DNA of 64,000 bases, from the NCBI GenBank assembly GCA_951406725.2, contig OX597831.1, forward strand, positions 53,010,001 through 53,074,000, written 5' to 3'. This DNA is from Octopus vulgaris (Eukaryota). Below the pieces are notes generated by a model, which saw only the letters and a program-made list of their open reading frames with translations, searched no databases and was not told the DNA's origin. Of this stretch, positions 13,317 to 24,680 are shown in pieces (within the stretch, counting starts at the first letter, position 1; every line of letters starts with the position of its first letter). The position numbers and the translations under genes were made by a program.

Positions 13317-14199
13317 GTAAGTACAGTTACTAGTTTATGAAAAGGCTCCAATTTCTTGCACAAGTTTTTTCTATTTCAATGTTTGATCTGCTTCATTTCA
13401 GTGTCTTATGGAATTGTGAAATGTGTGATTCGTGATATATGGGCTTTCCATTTTATCATTTATATATTTAGGGTGTTGCAATTTTTTAAAAATATCAAAC
13501 TGTTGACACCTGGTTACTATGCATCATTGATAATTGATGTAAATAAGTGATAATGTTACTGTTGTTGATAATCAGCCATCAAAATCAGTCAGTTGAATAA
13601 TTTATGGTATTTTGATGGTTTAAAAAAAAAAATTTTTTTTTTTTTTCTGAAAAAGATATATTGATCAGTTTCTCTTTATAGAAAACGAAACAAGCTGTTG
13701 TATATTTGCTAGAACTCAATAAATTTACTATTGCTGAGTTCTCTATTTTCAAGTGATGTAGGATGATGATATTTTATTGATTAGTTTAAATAGTGATGCT
13801 ACCATGCAGTTATACCATATTAATTTAGTATACAAATAAATAAAGTAACTTTTACATACTTGACCGACCATATCATCTTCAAATCACACCCCTACTCTCT
13901 TAAAAAGAAAGAACACACATTAGGTAATGTAGTCCTAAATACTCTATACCTGGGGGTGGTTGAATGCTTTTGATCATTGGTTTGCACTTTCAGAGCTGAT
14001 CTAGGGCTAATCAACAAGAACAAAGCAACTTCGATTTTTGGTGTTACCAGTTCTGTTGGGGGATTTCAGTTTACAATAATTGGTTATTTGCTTTCTATTT
14101 ACAATGGTTGTTGTTTTAAGTCCAGCTCAGCTCTGATTGAGCAGATATTTGATCAGAAATGTTCCAGTCATGAGCCTCACCTTCATAGTCTTTTTTTTT

Positions 14200-15045
14200 T
14201 GTAGAGCCTAATTGTTTATTTTGAGGTATAGTTTCTTTGTAATCACGTAGCATTACAGTTGTATTCTTTTTCCTAATCAGCTTGGGGAGATGTATTTCTT
14301 AGCCATTAATCGTAAATGTTTTGTTACCCCATGAGATTCGGCACACATTAACATCCGACAAAACAAACTCCACTGCAGCTTTCATTCGATCACGATCGTA
14401 TCGTATAATTGATCTATTGGAAGGTGTAAGCTTCTTTCCACTTGCCATATGTTTATACTTTCATCTCAATGAAGTTACTTTCTTCATACCAGTACCAAAC
14501 TATCTTACAAAACACTTGAAACTAAGGATACCACTAATGGAGCTGTAACAGCATTAGCTTGTACAACAGACTTTAATGATATTTTCCACCAATTTGCCTT
14601 CATCGACGGCATCTCCTTCGTTTTTAACATAAGGCTTTCGGCAGCATACGGACTAATGATAGAGCATACTTTTTACATTATGGTACTGGTTAGTTTTACT
14701 AGTCGCTTTTTAGCTGCTTTGTCAAAGTCTTCCATTCAGGTACTTTCATGTTTAGCTTTTCTCAGTAATGATGACACTGATTTTAAACCAAATGTTTCAT
14801 ACAATGCCCCCCACTGTTGAAACAATTCGTGATGGATCACTAACTTCTGGTTCAGAATCCTCTTGTTCCATATACACACTATGTTTTCTTGTATTCATAT
14901 TTGTTTTATGTGTGCCGACACCTCCCATAAGTCGCATTCTCTTTGTGGCACGTGTGTTTACATTTGCGTTGCATTTATTATCTCCACGACATGTACATCC
15001 ACAATCCTTGACAACTAATACATCTTCCTTTTTTGCAAGTACCTG
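14200..15045 (-). mobile_element. Degenerate coding fragment, probably the N-terminal part of an unclassified DNA transposase
   Basis: Broken minus-strand frame with a Cys-rich start (TCKKGRCISC..CGCTC) and ...RMKAAVEFVLSDVNVCRISWGNKTFTING*EIHLPKLIRKK...DYKE. CpG-richer than the flanks. Confidence 0.45.
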
Positions 15046-15294
15046 ATAATTCTGACATAACTGCAGATTGGGTGAAGCAAAATCAAAATCTGGACTACCT
15101 GTGTGGTTTTTTTTATATGTTAATTTTAACCAATCAAATTGCTCTGTTTATTATTCAGTATTTTAAAGTTCTACAAAAGGTCAATACTCTGACCCACGAA
15201 GCTACTCTTAAAATAAAGTGTAATACAAAAGGTATTTGGCTGCTATTTTTGCAAAGAAGATTTTTAAAGGCAACCATTAAATTATTTGTATTCT

Positions 15295-15645
15295 GTTATT
15301 CTTTTATTTGTTCCAGTCATTTGACTGCGGTCATGCTTGAGCACCACCTTTAGTTGAACAAATTCACCCCAAGTAAGCCCAGTACTTATTCTATCGGTCT
15401 CTTTTGCCGAACTACTAAGTTACGGGGATGTAATCACACCAACATCAGTTAAGTGGCGGTGAGAGGGCACAGACATACAAATAAACACACACACACATAT
15501 GGGCTTCTTTCAGTGTCCATCTACCAAATCCACTCACAAAGCTTTGTTCTGCTTGCAACTATAGTAGAAGACGCTTGTCCAAGGTGACACGCAGTTGGAC
15601 TGAACCCGGAACCATGTGGTTGGGAAGCAAGCTTCTTACCACACA
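15295..15645 (-). mobile_element. SINE family B
   Basis: Reverse complement of the 58453 copy, from the GGCTGTGTGGTAAGAAGCTTG head to the CATGACCGCAGTCAAATGACTG tail. Confidence 0.85.
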
Positions 15646-15734
15646 GCCCCCCTCCATCCCGCCTCCTTTTTGTTTCAATCTTTTGAGTTTTATTAAGCAA
15701 ATTGATTAAAATTACTTTTCACTTTACTCCATAG

Positions 15735-15910
15735 GATACATTTGACATCCGAATATGCCTTGCTAAATCCAACAAACATGTGGTTGACTTCCAGAAAGCT
15801 CGAGAACAAGATCTTCACATCATTGACATTCCTTTGACCTTCAGTATGATGCAGTCAGGACTTGTACATGGTCTTGCCTTCTGGTTTGATGTTGCCTTTT
15901 TTGGCACAAA
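15735..15910 (+). CDS. CARM1: CARM1 coding exon
   Basis: ccatag|...|gtatgt, 176 nt. [19 protein letters not shown]...[15 protein letters not shown]. Confidence 0.97.
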
Positions 15911-16081
15911 GTATGTATTTGTCTCTTTTATAGATTAGTGTGTCTTGTTTTAAGATTTCTGCTTTGAATTTTGTTTCAGGTTTGTATTTAAGAAAAATTT
16001 TTTCGATTGATGAGTTATTAGCAGTTCCTGTCAGATGGTTTATGTTTTAAAATTTGTATGTATGGATTTGAATTTTAAGAT

Positions 16082-16460
16082 CTAGGTATGGCTGTTTGGT
16101 TATGAAGTTTGCTTCTCAAATGTGAGGTCTTGGTTTCAGTCCCGATGTGCAGCACTTTGGGCAAGTGTTTTCTTCTATACCTGCAGGCTGGCCAAACTGA
16201 CCAAAGGGTTGTGAGTGTGTTTGGTAGACAAAAACAATGTGTGTGTGTGTACCCTTGTCTTGACATTACTTGATAGTTTCAAATGAGGATCACCATCTTA
16301 CAAGTAATGTTATTCATTTCTAGTCTTCCATGGGATATATTAGTTTATTTGGAAATAGATGAGGGTTTGTGATAGGAAGGGAAACTGGTCAGAAAAAATC
16401 TGCCCTAACAAATTCCATCTGACCTTTACAAGCATGAAAAGGTGGATGCTAAATGATGAT
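16082..16460 (+). mobile_element. SINE family B
   Basis: GGTATGGCTGTTTGGTTATGAAGTTTGCTTC head and GGGCAAGTG core. Confidence 0.75.
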
Positions 16461-16473
16461 AAATTTTTATATA

Positions 16474-16978
16474 TCGTAAATCCTCGAGTATAACCCCCCC
16501 CCCCCCAATAATTTAAAGGTCAAAATCTCTAGTGCGTACTATATATGAGGTTAAAAATGAAAAAAAATATTTTCTAAGCAATGTCCGAGTCTCTATTTGT
16601 TGTCCGGCAATGTTTATTCAGATGCATTTTGTGATGTCGGGCGTGAAAATACCTTAAGGTAAGCCTGAAAGCAATGACGTCATAAAAGAATCATCCATAA
16701 CTTGCAGTAAGCAACATTTATTAAAATAAAAGTATTCAGAACACAAAATAACATGTAACAAAAACAATTTGCAAACATATTTACATTCCCATATAACAGT
16801 TAAGAATTTCACGCATGCGTGGAAGTGTTTGCTCGACTAGGTGCTGCTGACTTAATTACGCATGACTCAAGTTAGAGAAGGGGTGCATATTATACACAAG
16901 GTTTAGGTTTTTCAGAGGTACAGCCTCCTCAAAATCCCCTGCGTATTATACTCAAGGGTGGACTATACTCGAAGATTT
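16474..16978. mobile_element. Tc/pogo-like MITE
   Basis: Terminal inverted repeats TCGTAAATCCTCGAGTATA and TATACTCGAAGATTT. The right end abuts a SINE. Confidence 0.6.
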
Positions 16979-16982
16979 TGAT

Positions 16983-17297
16983 CATGAATGACCATAGGAT
17001 TGTTCCTAGAAAGTTCCTCTTCAAGGCACAAGTCCAGGCAAGGTTATTTGTGGAAGACTGGCAGTCGCTCATGCATACTAGTCTTGCCTCTCCACTCCAT
17101 TGATGTCCAAGGGAAAGATAAAGGGCAATACAGCTTGGCACCAGTGATGTCACAACTCACTTCTACAGCTGAGTGAACTGGAGCAACATGAAATAAAGTG
17201 TCTTGCTCAAGAATACAACACACAGCCTGGTTGAGGAATTGAAGTCACAACGTCATGGTTGTAAGCCCTGTGCTTTAACTACTGAGCCATGTGCCTT
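16983..17297 (-). mobile_element. SINE family C
   Basis: Reverse complement of the 36955 copy (TGAAATAAAGTGTCTTGCTCAAG). Confidence 0.8.
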
Positions 17298-17809
17298 CGC
17301 GTGCGCGCGTGTGCATTTCTTTCAGTATACACACAAAACAATTCCTTTTAAGTTAATTCTGACTACAGACTATTGTCATAAATAGAGACCATTCTGCACT
17401 CGTTTTCAAATGGGGGTGTGTGTATGGAGTGGTGACTTGTGGAAAACACAAATGCACACACATATATACAATAGGCTTCCACATAGTTTCCATCTACTAA
17501 ATATACTCACAAGGCATTGGTCCACTCAGGGCTATTGTAGAAGAGACTTGCCCATTGTGGTACTTAGTGAAATTTATCTCATTATGTTTAGTTAAAAGAT
17601 TGTTAAATGAATAAAAATGTATTTCATCATTGAATGTTTTAAGTGGTATCTTGTAGGGATATCCACATGCAAAATTAACTGATTCACCAATTTACAAATA
17701 TCCACAGTTGTAAAGTTCTTGAAGGATTTTAGTCAAACAAATCAACCCTAGAATTTATTTTTAAGTCTGGTATTTATTTTATCTATCTTGCAAGTTGACC
17801 CTGTTGGTC

Positions 17810-18095
17810 CTGGTGCCATGTAAAAAGCATTCAGTCTACTCTGTAAGGTGGTTGGCATTTGGAAGGGCATCCAGCTGTAAAAACCATGCCAAAACTGACC
17901 TTGCCTGTGCTGGTGTCATATAAAAAGCACTCAGTCCACTCTGCTGGGTGGTTGGTGTTAGAAAGGGCATCCAGCTGTAAAACCCCTGTGGAAGCAGACA
18001 TAGTTGCCTGGGGTAGTCTTCTGCTTGGCCAGCTCCTGTCAAACCATCCAACCCATGCCTGCATTGAAGGCGGATGTTGGTGATGGGGATAATGA
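17810..18095 (+). mobile_element. RTE-type 3' tail element with internal ~99-nt tandem duplication
   Basis: Two copies of CTGGTG..TAAAAAGCA.TCAGTC.ACTCTG...GAAGGGCATCCAGCTGTAAAA, then the CCATCCAACCCATGC...(GAT)n tail found many times in the window. Confidence 0.6.
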
Positions 18096-19069
18096 TGAAT
18101 GTCCTTTGCCAAACAAGTATGCTATGGTGCATAAACAAAGCACTGGTTTTCAAATGGTGGTGATAGGGGTGTGTGACTTGTGGCGAACACAAAGGTACAC
18201 ACATATACATGTCAGGCTTCCACATAGTTTCCATCTACTAAATATACTCACTAGGCATTGGTTCACACAGGGCTATTGTAGAAGACACTTGCTCAAGGTG
18301 CTTTGCAGTATGATTGCACCGAAAGCCACATGGTTGCAAAAATATGAGCATCTTAACCAGATAGCCCAGCATTCTAAAAATGGATGTAAAACAGCAATTA
18401 CACTGCTGGGAAGTTTTACCCAGATTAAATTTCAAAGTAATTTTCAAACAAATCCATACAAATAACAAAACAGTGTGATGCAGTAAAGTTGTACCTCTAC
18501 TTGTGAGGCCTTTTATATAGATGAACAGAATTTATGTATCTGTTTCATATAAAGCAGCTTCAAACTTAATTTCTGATGTTATTTGAGTCATAGCTTCAAT
18601 GAAATTTACTATTTTTAAGAGAAAATATTGTATTTATCACTAATGTAAAAATATATAGTATTTCCCACTATGTAAGGTGGTTGGTGTTACGAAGGGCATC
18701 CAGACATAGAAATCATGTCAAAGCAGACTGAAACCTGGTGCAGTGTTCTAGCTTGTCAGCTCCTGTCAAACCATCCAACCCATGCCAGCATGGAAAACAG
18801 ATGTTAAATAATGATGAAAACTAATATAATATTCGTTGGTAAAAATTTAAATAATATGAGTGCAAATGGGTTTGATTTGACTTACAGTTGCTCTGTGCAA
18901 TATGTATTGAAGGAATAACCATTTGAGATATTCTGGTCACTATGATAATACTGAGACAAAGTTTTGAAGAAAGATCTCATGTCTCCCAAAATGTTAATTA
19001 AAAGAAGAAAATTGAAGTTTTTAAACAAACTAAAGATTTTGTTTGTTCTTTGTTATTATTTAATAAGTG

Positions 19070-19285
19070 AAAAAGGCAGTGAACTGGCTGAATTGTTAGC
19101 ATACCAGGCAAAATGCTTAGCAGCATTTTGTCAGTTTTTGCATTCTAGGTTCAAATTCTGCTGAGGATGACTTTACCTTTCATCCTTTTGGGGTTAATAA
19201 AATAAATACCAGTTGAACACTGGGGTCAATGTACTCAACCTATTTCCTCTCCTGAAATTGCTGTGCCAAAATTTGAAATTATTAT
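19070..19285 (+). mobile_element. SINE family A
   Basis: AAGGCAGTGAACTGGCTGAATTGTTAGC head and standard body. Confidence 0.75.
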
Positions 19286-19472
19286 TTAATAAGCAAATAA
19301 TTTGATGATGAAATGTGAAATCACTCCTGAAGTTTATCCCATCCTCCACTTCCCTCAGAATTCTGAAATGGCCGAATGGTGTTTTTTTTGTTTTTGCTAG
19401 TTTCCAGAAGAGCTCTTTTGATAAGGTTGTTCTTGGCTAGCACCATCATTGTATTTTATTACTCTCTTGCAG

Positions 19473-19610
19473 CAACTCTGTGTGGTTGTCAACTGCACCC
19501 ACGGAAGCTCTTACTCATTGGTATCAAGTTCGCTGTCTTGTGCAAACTCCAGTTTTAGTGAAACAGGGTCAAACATTGACGGGAAAAGTTCTTTTAAGAT
19601 GTAATAAACG
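19473..19610 (+). CDS. CARM1: CARM1 coding exon (THW loop)
   Basis: ttgcag|...|gtaagt, 138 nt. [46 protein letters not shown]. Confidence 0.97.
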
Positions 19611-20576
19611 GTAAGTTACTCATTTAATTTATGATTTTTATTTAATTATTTATTTATCTTAGTAAATAATTGAAATGCTGTTTCTTTGTTGAGAGTTAAA
19701 CTTTACTACTACCTTAACCTTTCTAGTACCAAAATCAGGTATATCTACTCAAAATTTCATTACCCTTAACTGTGGAAAGTAGCTTTTATTTATTAGTCTT
19801 TTTTTTTTTTTTTTTTTTTTTTTATATTGAAGAATGTCATGTTTGAAACTATTTTCTATTGAGATAATGTCTAGTTTATTGAGGCAGTGGGATTTGCAGA
19901 AAATACCAATTCTATGTTTTGGTGGATAATTAACATCACTGGTATAACCATGAAATTTTATTCTGCCATTAAAGATTTAAGTTCAGGGCACTGTTTTATT
20001 TGTGCTAATAACCAAAGCTTTCTGTCTCGCTCTTTAAAAGGTAGATTGTATGAGATATAAAAAGTGTGATAGTACAGACACTAGTAGTGAAAGTAGAATC
20101 TCTCCAAAGACTAAAGAGAAATTAGTTGAGTATGATTTATAAGATATGAAGCAACCAACTTTCATGAATGGCAAAACTGTCCAACCCATGCCAGCATGGA
20201 AAGTGGACATTAAACGATGATGGTGATGATTGTCAAACCAAACTGAACCTCGGAGGGGAGTGTAGAAGTTATCTACTGTGCTCAAACCTTTTAGTAGTGT
20301 GTTGTGCCTTTTGGCACAGCTTTTAAAGTGTGTGTGTGTGTTTATAGTACAATGTTTTGTATGGGATATTTGGTGATTCTATGGAAATTAATTACAGGTT
20401 TGTAGATAGTTATAGATTTAGGGGTCAAGTTATTTGTGGCTTATTTGATGTGAAATGAAAAATAAAATATCCCATTATTTTAATGATATCCGAACAAAAA
20501 CACAATATTTTATTTGTTTATATTTATGTTCATATCTTGTGGATATGTGAAGTTAGTTTCATATATTATATTGCAG

Positions 20577-20776
20577 ACAAAGTTATGATGTTGATATTGA
20601 ACTGAATATACCAGGAACCAATACAAAATCTACCAATTCACTCGATTTAAAAAATCCTTACTTTCGATACACTGGTCAAACACCACAGCCTCCAGCAGGA
20701 AATAGCAACCAGTCGCCATCAGATTCATATTGGAATAGTGTAGCAACTGGTAATTTGTCAAACAATTGTTTATCAG
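20577..20776 (+). CDS. CARM1: CARM1 coding exon (end of catalytic core, start of C-terminal tail)
   Basis: ttgcag|; QSYDVDIEL...[22 protein letters not shown]...SPSDSYW. Donor follows 20776 (CAG|gtaact) or, in frame, 20749 (CTG|gtaatt). Confidence 0.92.
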
Positions 20777-21996
20777 GTAACTTTTGATCAACATTCTTCA
20801 ATAGTTTCTTTTCCAAAATTCATCTTCTCACTAGTATCAGTTTCTGCCATTCTCCTCTTGATATTTTAACATAAGGATTGTCCAGGAATTATCTAGTATA
20901 CAGTATCAGCTATTTTGAATGTCTACTAACTTTACATTCTCAGAATATTAACTGGTCATATCTAGCTCAAGTACTCTACCTGTTTAAACCGGCCAAATCC
21001 AACCTCTCACATCTGCCCTACAATGTTATTCTAAAAAAAATAAAGAACTGCATCATTGAAATCTTGAAGCTATGAGATAATGCATGATTAGTTCAAAACA
21101 ATGTGAGTAAATAAAAATTACATTTGACAGAATAATCTGAATGCATAAGGGATAAATGATTAAATAACCTATTTTTATTTTCATCAATTAATGTTTTTCA
21201 ATATAGAGTAAAAGTTAATCAGGATTACAGTATGTTTTATATAATATGATCTAGGGATCTAAGTGTAGGAAGTTGGTAAGCTTCAAGCAGTGAGTGACAG
21301 GTATATTTTGTACTATGTCTCCTCTTATCAGTTCAACTCGCTCACTATTGTAGTGGAGTTGACTTGGAAATTCTGAGTGACATTCTAACCTTCATTTCAT
21401 TGAGGTAATCTCAGCTTGATGATTAGCTATGTTGAACATAACCATTACATCAAGAGGTTCAGTTAGCTAAGAAACGTGTGCATTTTACATGTTCTACTCT
21501 CAGTTTGAACACACACACACATAGCATATATCAGAAGACTGAAACAAATTTTAATATTATAATATCACTATGTGTTAAGAAAGTAAGCGTTTTTCTTCTC
21601 ATGCATTCTTTGTCAACAGCATAGAAGAAATGTGCTTAGACTGATGCTCTGTAGTATTGAAATACATATGTATAAAACACTTGATAAACATGTTAACTAC
21701 CATTTAATTAGGAGTGATTTTCATATGTTGTCCTAGAGCACATCAAATTGTACTCTTGGTCCAGGTACCTAAACTTGTGTTATGAATGAAAAATTCCTCG
21801 TTTCACAGTTGATTTGTTATCTGTAAAAAAAGGCATCTATTTGTAAAAATCACTGGATACAACTGTAAATTACCAAAAGCTCTCAGCAACATTGCTATCA
21901 AAAAAAAAAAATGAAACAGTAAAAGAAAAAACCCCAAAACAGAGTAGTTTGTCTTGTTCAATATTCTACTCATATTTTCTCTCTATTCTTTTATAG

Positions 21997-22098
21997 GAAA
22001 TCAGTCTTCCTATATCAATGGAATCTTAAATGGTTTAACAGATAATACTCAAGTAATTGCTCAACAAGGTGTTGTCCAAACTAATCTGATACCACTCT
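21997..22098 (+). CDS. CARM1: CARM1 coding exon (C-terminal tail)
   Basis: ttatag|...|gtaagt, 102 nt, phase 1-1. GNQSSYINGILNGLTDNTQVIAQQGVVQTNLIPL (the TNLIPL motif also occurs in vertebrate CARM1). Confidence 0.88.
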
Positions 22099-22939
22099 GT
22101 AAGTACACTAGTTTCCATCAAGGTTGTTAAATAACTGACTCTTGTGCTGTTATCATTTTTTAGTATTTTGCATTTTCATTCTCACCCTTTTTTATTTGTA
22201 AACAAATATTTCTATGATGTATAAAAATTACTTTCTAAAAAAACTTCAGGTACTTATTGTTGTTATTGTTATTGTTTCTTTTCTTGTTTCTGTTACGTTC
22301 CTTTATAAGCTGAGGGGGAGATCAATTAAGGATTTTTCCTTTTCTGATAATGTATAAAAATGTAGCTTTTATTGTCATATGGCTAATCATTTTCTAGAGA
22401 AATGTTCCTGTGACAGTTATGCATCGTAAATGTTATTCTTTTTTTTTCCTTTTAATATTCTACATTTGCTCAAATTTGTCTATTATTAGCATTTTAGTAT
22501 CTTCGTCGACTTGACTGAGATATTCCAGTTTTGGTTGTTATGGAAACTTAGTTCAATAGCTAAGTCAGTATTCAATATTTTTGCCCCCATTTATAACTAT
22601 TTCCTGCATATTCACAATGATACCATTCTGTTTATCATGCAGTTGTGTCTCAGAGCAACTCTTGCTTTCTTGTGTTTGCTTTAAGAAACATGAGATTTTT
22701 ACTATCTTGGTTTCTGTTCCTTCTGTCTTATCTTTCAACTTAAGTTTCTTCAAGTAGTCTTTGGTCATTCTTATTTTGTTTTGGCATCTGGCAAGGGCAA
22801 GCTTTAAAGTAATTGTTTTGATATTCTTTGAGCTGGTCCTAAGCTGTTACCATCTATGCTTCTCGGTTATGGGGTTTTTTGGTGCAAAAAGACCCAAGTT
22901 GCTATTTAGGTGTTTATGTATTCATTATTTATTATTATT

Positions 22940-23545
22940 GTTGTTTGCAGTATTGGTTCTGGCTCCGTATTCTGTGTTCAAATCCTGCTAAAGACAACTT
23001 TATCCTTCATCTCTCCAGATTTGGTAAAATAAAGTACCAGTCTGGAGTTTATGCAATTAACTACCCACCTTCCCCCCAAATTGCTAGCTTTTCTAAAATT
23101 ATTTTAAGACAGCAAGCTGTCAGACCTGTTAGCATGCTAAGCAAAATGCTTCACAGCATTTTGTCCGCCCTTATGTTCTGAGTTCACATGCTGCCGAGGT
23201 CAACTTTGCCTTTCACCCTTTTGGGGTCAATAAAATAAATACCTGTTGATCACTGGGGTTGATGTAATTGACCCTCCATCCAATTGCTGGCCTTGTGACA
23301 AAATTTGAAACCATTATTATTATTATTATTATGACAGTGAGCTGGCAGAATCATTAGCACACCAGACAAAATGCTTAGTATTTCATCCATTTTGAGTCAA
23401 AATTCCACCAAGGTCAACTTGCCTTTCATCCTTTTGGGATTGATGAAATAAATACCAGTTGAGTACTGGACTCAACATAATCGACTACTCCCACTTTCGA
23501 TAATTTCAGGCCTTGTACCTATTGTAGAATGGATTATTATTATTA
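22940..23545 (+). mobile_element. Three tandem SINE family A copies
   Basis: Repeated head/body units separated by (TTA)n tails. Confidence 0.8.
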
Positions 23546-24029
23546 TCAAAAAAAATTAAAAGTTATCATTGGTGACAGCTCTTAATTCTCTTAGATTAAA
23601 TACTTGAACAATAAAATGCCATTTAAAAAAATTAGAAATATCAATAGGTTTCTTGAAAAAAATTATCTTTTAGTCTTCAAAAATAATTTTATTAACAGTA
23701 AAATATACTAACTATTTGTCATCATGGTTAGAATCTACAATCATGTTAACTATTAACCCTTACACAATTAGCAGAATTGTCTGCTGTTATTTTTAGTGTG
23801 TTCCTGCCTAATTCCTTCAGTTTAATCTACCTTAAAGGAAAAGTAATAAATAATGAATTGTGTGAATTATAAAATGAATGGCAAGCATTGATTCTGTTTT
23901 TGTAATGAACAGTTGCATTTATATTTCTTACTTGTTTGTGGAATCTTGATATCTATCCTGGTGCTAATGAGAAGTTGTATGATCAGCAATGGTTTTCAAG
24001 TGGCTGCAAAAAGTGTGAACCTGGAAAAC

Positions 24030-24680
24030 AATATGATCTTATTGTTATATTTCGGAATGGTCATATTGCCAGTTTAGCCAATAAAAACACACGCACTATA
24101 TATTTGGTGTTATTTTGCTTCAGTGTTATTTATTTTTTACATTAATCTTAATCTTATTTCAGCCAGAGTTCTTTCGTCACGCTCCTGTGACCGCATCAGT
24201 GGTCCTTTGTTTTCTTCTTTCTTATTTGTGTCTCTCCTTACTAACCGTCAGCCATTTTGTATATTTTGTAATTAAATACATTAGATATCTATTATTATGA
24301 TTTTTCACTGTCTGTCTGGCTATCTCTTTTTCTCTCGATTAAAATAATGAAAAATATAGTACACACATTGGGTTTAAATTACAAATACAAAATGGCTGAC
24401 GGTTAGTAAGGAGAAACACAAATAAGAAAGAAGAAAACAAAGGACCACTGATGTGGTCACAGGAGTGTGACGAAAGAACTCTGGTCGAAATAAGATTAAG
24501 ATTAATGTAAAAAATAAATAACACTGAAGCAAAATAACACTAAATATATAGTGCGTATGTTTTTATTGGCTAAACTGGCAATATGACCATTCCGAAATAT
24601 AACAATATCTGTTTCAACACACGACTTCACATAAAAAATCTTGCACAACAAATATTTAAACGTACTAATATGATCTTATT
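24030..24680. mobile_element. Fold-back insertion 1 (Penelope-like truncated copy with inverted pLTR)
   Basis: 14-bp TSD AATATGATCTTATT (24030-24043 and 24667-24680). Inverted arms 24041-24273 and 24377-24606, ~100-nt spacer, ~60-nt unpaired tail. Confidence 0.8.
24443..24486 (+). ncRNA. Minimal type I hammerhead-ribozyme-like motif (variant core)
   Basis: GACCA-CTGATGTG-GTCACA(GGAG)TGTGAC-GAAA-GAAC-TC-TGGTC: stem I, CUGAUG core, stem II, GAAA, tiny stem III and UH site. Mirror copy at 24161-24204(-). Confidence 0.6.

Noticed and set aside
24041-24606. Pre-miRNA or classical MITE
   Set aside because: The stem is far too long for a pre-miRNA. The TSDs enclose an asymmetric unpaired tail, unlike TIR-bounded MITEs.
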